From Octopus sinensis (Eukaryota): 64,000 nucleotides of DNA. Shown in pieces: positions 55,790 through 64,000 of the stretch (within the stretch, counting starts at the first letter, position 1; each line of letters opens with the position of its first letter). The notes under the pieces were generated by a model. The model saw only the letters and a list, made by a program, of their open reading frames with translations. It had not been told where the DNA came from and made no database searches. The stretch lies in contig NC_043005.1 of the NCBI RefSeq assembly GCF_006345805.1, positions 104,098,001 to 104,162,000 on the forward strand, given 5' to 3'. Both the position numbers and the translations under genes were made by a program.

Positions 55790-55975
55790 TGAGGAGTGAA
55801 ACTGCATTGCAATGATCATTTGCTGGAGAAGGCCTGCTTGCCTCGTGCTCTAAGATGATTGTAAGATGATAAACATTGGATTATGGAGAATGTACTGAGA
55901 TAAATGGCCTGAAGCTGGGTCAAATGGTCAATGACTGGAGCAGATGATAGACTGTTCAGAATGATGCTGTGCATG
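55790..55975 (-). mobile_element. Short RTE-like RT N-terminal remnant
   Basis: IILNSLSSAPVIDHLTQL...NHLRARGKQA resembles the segment preceding KAPGPDG in RTE elements. Confidence 0.3.
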
Positions 55976-56525
55976 TGAGTGTGAGTGTATGTGTGTGTGT
56001 GTATGTGTATGTGTGTGTTTAGGTCAGTGTCAGGAGAGGAACGTGGAGAGAAGGGAGAAGATAGACGAATAGGGTAGCATAATAATGTTTGAGAGAAAGA
56101 GGAAGTAAAAGAAGGAGAGATGGAAAAGAGAGAGAGAGAGACTAAAACCGTGAGAGTTAAGCTACAGCAAAAGTGGGGGGAGAGAGACAATTACAGAATA
56201 TACATAGATACATACGCGCGTATATATATATATATATGTATATATATACACACATATATATATATGCATGTATGTATATATATATATTTATATTTATATT
56301 ATATATATGCATGTATACACACACACTCTCTCTCTCTCTCTCTCTCCCTATATATGTATATGTGTATATATACACACACACACACATATGTCACAGAGAG
56401 AGAGAGAGAGAAGAGTGAGATACATAGAGAAATAGAGACAAACACAGAGAAAGGGAGAGAAAGAGGAGTGGGATCAAAATACAGAAACAGAAATGACGGA
56501 ATAAATGGAGAGAGAGACAATTAAG

Positions 56526-56561
<36 letters not shown>

Positions 56562-56606
56562 AGAAGAGAGAGGAGAGAGAGAGAGAAGAGAGAGAAGAGA
56601 GAGAGA

Positions 56607-56743
56607 GTTATAAAGAGAGAAAGGAGAGAGTGACAGAGAAATGTAAGTGTGACACAGAAGAGAGAGAGAGAGAGAGAGAGAGTTATAAAGAGAGAAAGGA
56701 GAGAGTGACAGAGAAATGTAAGTGTGACACAGAAGAGAGAGAG
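56607..56743. repeat. Local tandem duplication within (GA)n
   Basis: gttataaagagagaaaggagagagtgacagagaaatgtaagtgtgacacagaagagaga occurs twice. Confidence 0.85.
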
Positions 56744-57551
56744 ATGAAATAGTTGAGTAAGAGTTAAATAAGAGAGAAAAGATTGGGATTAAACATGAAG
56801 AGATAAAAAGAGCTTGGGAGAGAGAAAGATAGGGAGAGGGAAAGAGAGAAGGAAAGAGAGAGAAAGTGGTGGTGGTGGGGGTGGGGGGGAGAATGGTACT
56901 TATGATTAATCCAAAATTTTCAGTTAAACGCTATCAACATAATGGAGAACATAAACCGATTACTTATAACAACTGTTCAATAGAGATTTAGAATAATAGA
57001 ATAATGGAATGGTTTACAAGAAGTGGGAGACGTAGAGGGAATCAAATGAAATCCGGTCTCTATAAAAATTGATTATTTAATAGATAGATATTGAATTGGT
57101 TAGAGAGAGAGAGACAGTGTAAACGAGAGAGAGAGAAAGAGTGAGTGAGAGAGAGAGAGAGAGAAGGAGAGAGAGAGAGAGAGCGTGGGGAAAGTGAGAT
57201 TAGGTTCTGATGATGGTTTCATTTGTCTAACTGAGATCTATTTCAAACTTTGATTGGTTTAGATTAATGATTAATGATTTACATTTTAAGGGAAAAAAAT
57301 ACAATAAAAATGATTATACATGTGTGTGCGTGCGTGTGCGTGTGTTTGTGGTTGTAGATATATAAATATATATATATATATATGTACAAACTGATACTTA
57401 CATAGACATGTTTCTATACGACTGCGTGCGCGCACGTTATTTCATACTTTTCAAGTAGGATTTGTTTTCATGTAATGTAATAAAGACGTATACAACGTAG
57501 CTGTTTCGCTTTCTCTCACTTTCAGACACGCATGCACATGCGCATTTATAC

Positions 57552-57582
<31 letters not shown>

Positions 57583-57883
57583 TACACATACACACGCATA
57601 CATACACACACACACGCACACAAACACACACGTACATATATACACACACTTCATGAAGCAATAATATGTCACACCGGAATTTAAATTTGGGTGCATGGTT
57701 ATTTATAGCCGAAACAGTTGTAAGCCAGTGAAAGTGTTTTGGTCAACATGTTCCTTTGTCATTCATTTATTAATGAATGCAGTGCTCTGTACTTACCTTG
57801 TAGTTTCTGTAAGAGTCTGGAAATCACACTAAGGGGAATCACATTTTCATGGCACCGGGGCTGTGCGCAAGCAAATACTATAA

Positions 57884-57914
<31 letters not shown>

Positions 57915-57978
57915 ATGTATGTATGTATGTATGTATGTATGTATGTATGTATGTGTATGTATGTATATACATATGTAT

Positions 57979-60900
57979 CAGTGGCGTGCGGTGACTTCCG
58001 GCGTTGGGCATGCAATTAATTTCATTGCCCCCCCCCCTCCCACCGGCAATTTTTCAGTAAAACATTTTCGTATTCCTACGATTTACATATAAGAGATTCT
58101 GAATATACAGAATAAACAGGGAATAAAAAATGGCTGTGCAGAGATGATCCTGAAATAAGTGTATTGTTTGTATTATTCTTTGCTCTTCGAAACGTCAGTA
58201 CTTTCCCATCCTCATTCTCCCTTAGAAAAGTCTAAAAATCATAAGTGAAATGTAATAAAGATGAAATTGGATTCTGTCAATATTTTTGCATATTCAGAAT
58301 CTCTGTTAAAGGTAGGAATCCGAAAAAAAATTTTCACATAAATTCGTTTTTCAAAGGGGTGCGATTCTGCATTAGCCCCTATACCTATCAGTTGAGCTGA
58401 ATGAAATGATTTAATTAAAAGAACACATTTAGTTACATTATATGGCCATGGTTTTAGATCGTTACGCTCTCGAAGACAAGTCAGGTTTTTTATCATGCTA
58501 CTTGTCAATTCCGGGAAATTATTGACTGTTCTGAGACTACTGAACTCCGTACATTAAAGGACTACGTCTCACGCACAAACATTGAAAATACACGCATATA
58601 CATGAATACGCACACAATGAAAGACAGCGAAAATTCAACATTGTAAAAAGCCTCCCAAAACTGTGTGGCAGAAGTCAACATCTCTGAGATTGAAACAAGA
58701 CACTTATTGAAAGTGAAACAAAACACTTATTTACGGCCGTAAATAGACTACACCCAGCAGCACAGAAAGGGAAATCTACGTAGGTAGGTTTCACGAAGAA
58801 ATCAAAACATTTCTCCTGCGAAACAATACTGATGTAAGAAGGTCGAACCTTACGTTATAACAAACACTAAGCAAAACCTGTAATATATGCTCTTTAATAT
58901 ATATTTTTTAATGTTTTAAAATGTTACTTAGCTCATTTATAAATTAATTCAATTCTTCGATCTTTCTGGGCAAATATATCTATCACATTTTCATAGAAAT
59001 CTTCTTTTCATCAATTCTTGTAATAAATCTTTTTCAATTGACATTAGTGCTAACCCAGACAGTCTTCTTTCTCCTGTCGCATTTCTTTGGTATGTTTTAA
59101 TTCTACTTAATGCAGAAAAGGATCGCTCTACAGTGGTAGACGGAATTGTCAAAATCAACTTGCACAGATTGAAGAGTTCTGGCATAGCTTCAACAAGATC
59201 AGTGCTGTTAATGTAACTCATTAAATGACTTACACTTGGTTTTTTAAAATCTTTCATTGAATACATCACATTGAGCTCACTTTGTAATCGTATTACATCA
59301 AAAAATCTGCCATAAGTTGTTCTTAAAGAATCTAAAGAGTCTACAGGAAATTGTTTGCAATACTCATCAACTTTGTTGAAATTCAAAAGTTCCATGAATT
59401 TAAACTCTTCTAAAGATGAATATCGTGCTTTTATTTGGTCAACTATTGTACTTATAATTTTGTTATAAAGCGTTCTATAATGTCGTTGGGGATCAATAGA
59501 TATATTCTTGGATCTCTGAATTCCGATTCCTGCATCGACTCCATATTTTTCCCCTAACCTATCATAAAAGACTGAAAAATTATCAAGTTTGTTTTCGAGT
59601 ACAGTTCTAGTTTTATCTATTTGCTGTTTACAATACACTATGTCATGACTTTTACTCTGGAGTATGTTAAATAAGACGTCAGTAAAAGAAAAAATGTCAC
59701 TGAATACCTCTAACAAAAATAAGAAATCAGGAGCTTTTAAAATGTGTAAGAATCCAATTGCTGAATTTATGGTGGTCTCATCCCATGCTTCAGGATTTTC
59801 AATGATGTGTTCAAAAAGGCTGATTATGAAATTATAATTTTCCTTTGTGGTAATAATAAGACGTGAGGAGTAATTCCATCTAGTTGCTGTTGCTTTCGGA
59901 AATCTTTTTTTAACAATATTATCTAATGCATTAGTCCTTTTCGGTGATTTCGTAAAAAATGTCCATTTATTGTAGAAAAAAATATCTTGCATTCTTTCAT
60001 AGCAGAGCATGATTGTGAAAGAACTAAATTTAGGATATGGGCACAACAATGAATAAAGATCGCACATTCATATTTCTTTCTTACTTTTGCCTGTAACCCA
60101 TTTAGTTGTCCTGCCATTGTAGCGGCACCATCATATGTCTGCGCAATCAATTTGTTTCCACATTCCCACGTCTCAATGCATTTAAAAACATGTTCAGATA
60201 AAGCATTTGCAGATCGATCTGCACTAACATCACTAAAACCGATAAATCGTTCTTTCGTCACACAGTCTTCTGTAACATAACGTAAAACTGTTGACAGTTG
60301 TGAAGATGCTGAGACATCAGATGTCTCATCAACAAGAATAGAAACAAACTTAGCTTGGTCAATTTCCTTCTGCATCTCATTCAACATAACTTTATGAATT
60401 GCTTCGATCAAGTCATTTTGAATTCTGTTCGACAGACCAGTGAAGATAGAAGCTGTATCTAAATGACTTTCCATTTGTTTGTCATACTTACTGATCAAAT
60501 AAACGAGTTCTTTATAATTTCCCCGATTATTAGAGCCTTCAGATTCAAAATGACCCCGAAACGATAATTCCTGGAGGCCTAAAAAAATAACAACATCGAT
60601 CAATCGTTGCAGCATGGATCTGTTTCGTCGAACTTTCTCATTATGCTGTTGTATGCTTTGATTTTTACGTGCATCTAATTGTAAGTCTATGCGAACATTC
60701 CCGAATATTTTAAGGTCTATCAAACATTTTATATGCCTTTGAGAACGCTCGTGCTTTAGCATAGCCATATGTAAATTATTTAAATCATCATAGCCTTTAT
60801 CATTCCAAACATTTTTTTCTAAGCCAAAAAGTAGACACGGCCAACAGAATAATTTATTAAGAGCAACACTTCCAGTTAACCATTTCTTCTTTTCATACGA

Positions 60901-61763
60901 ATTAACCTGAAATTGTCTCGTGAATTTCTTGTTGTAGCTTCGCAAATTAGGTAAATTCGGTGTTGGTCTCCCGCGATTTATAATTAATTTTTTCCCATCG
61001 AAGTCCCTTTTAGAAAAACTAGTTCTCAAAATATCGTTTATAGCACACATTTCACTCATTTTTAAAAAGGCTGCTCTTATTTAAGGACCCACGTGGAAGC
61101 GCCGGCGTAAATTTTAAGTCAATTTCAACAAAACGGAAAAATATCCTTTGTTAAATTAATTTAAGATTAATTAGCTATTTCTGAAATAAGAATTAAAATG
61201 TAGATATTTTTGCTTTCAAAACTTTCTAAAAATATGATAGTGCAAACGGATGTTTTGGATAAAAAATTTCAAACTTACATGCGAAGGCTATTCCAACATT
61301 TCAACTGGCTAAAACAAGAATTATGGGACGGCTCGTGTTCCGGTCAAAATAGCCAGAGGCGTGATATGCGATCTAAGCACAGAATGACACGCCAAACTGA
61401 ATTTGTCGAATCGCTGAGAGAGAAGGGGGTGACCATTCCTCGTAGTATATCTTTTAAACAAAGAAAGAGGGAGAAGGGACAAACTATCAAAGACAGAGAG
61501 AAGGGACTCATGCTGTCTTCCCAACGCATGACAAGCGATAAATTTATCGAGTCACTAAGATAGAGAGAGAGAGAGAGAGACAGGAAGGAAGGACAAACTA
61601 ATACAGACAGAGAGGGAGTGTGTATCATGCGATCTTCTAAAAGCATTTATCAAAGCAGATGTACGAAGTGGAGACAATATTTCTAAAACAACTGGACGTA
61701 TTTTCTTTGAAACAAGGAAGGCATGCAGCGCATACCTTGCATTGCTGAGAGTGCACGCCCCTG
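57979..61763 (-). mobile_element. Complete hAT-superfamily DNA transposon
   Basis: TIRs CAGTGGCGTGC (57979) and GCACGCCCCTG (61753-61763) match at 10/11. A perfect 8-bp TSD ATATGTAT sits at 57971-78 and 61764-71, with a transposase inside. Confidence 0.95.
58933..61059 (-). pseudogene. hAT transposase (TTF-type Zn finger, DUF4371/ZMYM1-like, hAT dimerisation domain), two frameshifts
   Basis: WL...LFCWPCLLF...KHERSQRH; LSFRGH.E...NRGNY; FVSILVDETSDVS; QTYDGAATMAG; FIHCCAHILNL; TRW; VERSFSALSRIKT...RLSGLALMSIEK. Frameshifts occur near 59960 and 59000, and the true end is probably FYENVIDIFAQKDRRIELIYK*. Confidence 0.93.
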
Positions 61764-62149
61764 ATATGTATACACACATATATATATATACATACATTTA
61801 GAAAAGTATATCTATATGTCTTCATACAGGTACACATATATGCATCTATGCATGTGGCATGTGTGTAAGCAGCATATACACGTATATATTTTATTGATAA
61901 ATTCGAACCCAAGCTAAATAAGCAATAATAATAATACTTAGATAGCAGGAAAATTATCTTATTCAGGGTTAAAAGTTCTATTGCCACCACCATCACCACT
62001 AGCAACAATAATTAAGGTGCTGACAATGATGATGATGACAATTGAAATATAAAAATATAAAAATCTCTGACAAAGGCTATTTACAACATTTCTAAAAATA
62101 GCCAAACAATTGCTGTTTCGGCCAGGGTCAAGATACAGGACTCTTGACA

Positions 62150-62540
62150 TGTCCAACAAAGCGTGACGCCTAAACCAATCAGCTCAACCAACCAATCAGT
62201 TTAAGTAATTGAGTGATACTACACACTGATTGGTCAGAATACAGTTTGCAAAACATAGCAATCTGGAGCTTACACAGCTGTATTTAAGGCACAGATTCAA
62301 TCATCTCGCTACAGTAAAAAATTGTGAAGCATGACTGTCACCACTACTACATGAACCTGAAGATTGCAGAATTTAATGCATGAAAGTACTAGTTCAATCA
62401 GAATGAACATTTAACATTCTATTATTTTATTTTATTTTATTTTATTATATTATATTATCTTATATTATTATAAGATTGTAAATAAAACGTGAAAATCAGA
62501 CAAGGTTGGAATTCCTTTTATTAATATATTCTTCTATACA
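62150..62540 (+). mobile_element. pLTR/retrozyme-like module: CCAAT boxes, TATA-like box, hammerhead, AATAAA
   Basis: ccaatcag twice (about 62175, 62192), ctgattgg (about 62226), tatttaa (62281), hammerhead (62352-62396) and aataaa (62481). Confidence 0.6.
62352..62396 (+). ncRNA. Minimal type I hammerhead ribozyme motif
   Basis: TGAAC CTGAAGA T TGCA GAATTTAA TGCA T GAA AGTACT A GTTCA: 5-bp helix I, 4-bp helix II, palindromic AGTACT helix III and a CUA site. Confidence 0.78.
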
Positions 62541-62560
62541 CAATCACACACACCCGTATA

Positions 62561-62706
<146 letters not shown>

Positions 62707-62830
62707 TATATGTACATATATGTATATAATATACATATGTATACATACATATATATAATATCTATATATATGTATATATATATATATATATATACACCAC
62801 GCACACATACACACACACACACACACACAC

Positions 62831-62884
<54 letters not shown>

Positions 62885-63384
62885 CACATTCAGGGGTAAA
62901 GGTGGAGAGAAAAACTTTTAATTTATAGAATTATAGTTTTTTATCATTCTCTGAAGGTAGTAGTTGTTACTAAGTAATATTTGCAGTAATATTTCTCACT
63001 GAGGTAAGAATTATTTAAAATTAAATAATTTTTATAAATACCTTGTAATAATTCTCTTCCAAATTTTAATTGAAACTGACATAATGACCATTAAAGATTC
63101 CAACCACCTTCGTTGCCGTTTCGATGCACCTTGTGGATAACGCTTCTATGAGATTCATTAGTATTTCCCTTGAAACATAAATAATAGAACTACAAACCAA
63201 TTCGATATAGTGCTAGAACAAGATAAATTTAGAGAGCAAATTAATTGAGGAACGAAATAGGGAAATTTGGCGTCATATTAGCAAAGTTTCTTTTAAATTG
63301 CGTGTGTACTTGTGTGTGTGTGCTTGCGCGTCAGTATGTGCGACTGTTCGTATGCGTAAGTATGTGTGTTTGTATGTGTATACA

Positions 63385-63885
63385 CCACTCAGATAGAGTT
63401 AACGTCTCAAGTTCCATTAAACAAGTGTTTATATGAGAACTGACTAAACCTCGGAAAGAACACAAGAAGGAGGCTCATGAAAGAAAGCTTTGCCAGATAT
63501 CAGGAGCTTCTAGAGGAGTTGCAGCGACCAAAGACACGGGGGAAGCTAGGCAGGCATTAGATATAGACTGGAATTACTCGCGCCCTATAGAAGAGGGCCA
63601 TCGATTCCATCACCGATGTTTCAGAGAAGATCACTAGGTGGCTTTGGCTAAAGCGGAAGAGGCAGGCCGAATGTTTGGTTCTACAGAATAGCAGAGAAGG
63701 TGACTCTATAGATTTGGATAAAGAGACTAAACTGGTGTATAGTTACTAGTATGATATAAACTGAGATTTTATCAACCTCGGCTTGGTTAACTGTGCGAGT
63801 GTGATATGGAAATACCTGAAATTCCCTAAGACTCCAGAAACACCACTGATGAAGCGTCATAGAAAATCCGTGGGATGAATCTTGG
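63385..63885 (+). mobile_element. Decayed HERO/R2-group non-LTR 3' end (RLE domain)
   Basis: HSDRVNVSSSIKQVFI*ELTKPRKEHKKEAHERK..RYQELLEEL...EKITRWLWLKR resembles RPD...ELTVPWEE..EAHERK..KYQEL...RWLWLKR. Confidence 0.7.
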
Positions 63886-64000
63886 AACTACATATGTATG
63901 TATATGAGATAAAACATAACACGTAGACCCACTACACGCTCAAAAATATAGACCCACAACAATCGAACTACAAATAGCCAACCAAAATGAAATAGAGAGG

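Noticed and set aside
55783-55820. CTGAGGA GT GAAAC motif
   Set aside because: Only 2 nt where helix II should be, and no helix I.
63843-63873. CCACTGATGA...GAAAATCCGTGG
   Set aside because: No helix II or III; it lies in the 3' UTR of the HERO-like remnant.

Overview
Eukaryotic, AT-rich, microsatellite-saturated intronic or intergenic DNA with no recognisable host protein-coding gene. The SINE families and (TA)n/(CA)n/(TCTA)n load resemble Octopus/coleoid cephalopod DNA (inference). The window is a transposon landscape. It holds a near full-length frameshifted Penelope-like element (RT + GIY-YIG, minus strand, about 1935-6200), a complete hAT DNA transposon with TIRs and an 8-bp TSD (57979-61763), fragments of RTE, R4/Dong, Tx1/L1 and HERO-like LINEs and of mariner, an orphan THAP domain, two MITE-like palindromes and several tRNA-derived SINE families. 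The most notable signal, found by reading both strands, is a set of eight type I hammerhead-ribozyme motifs from about six unrelated sequence families. They lie in short (TA)n-flanked modules (solo Penelope pLTRs or retrozyme-like elements) and include recurrent non-canonical core variants (CUGUUGA; U-U at the base of helix II). A second notable feature is a retroposed, unspliced intron-containing pre-tRNA-Lys(UUU) with a perfect 16-bp TSD. Nearly all listed short ORFs are microsatellite artefacts. All structures were folded by eye, and no database search was run.
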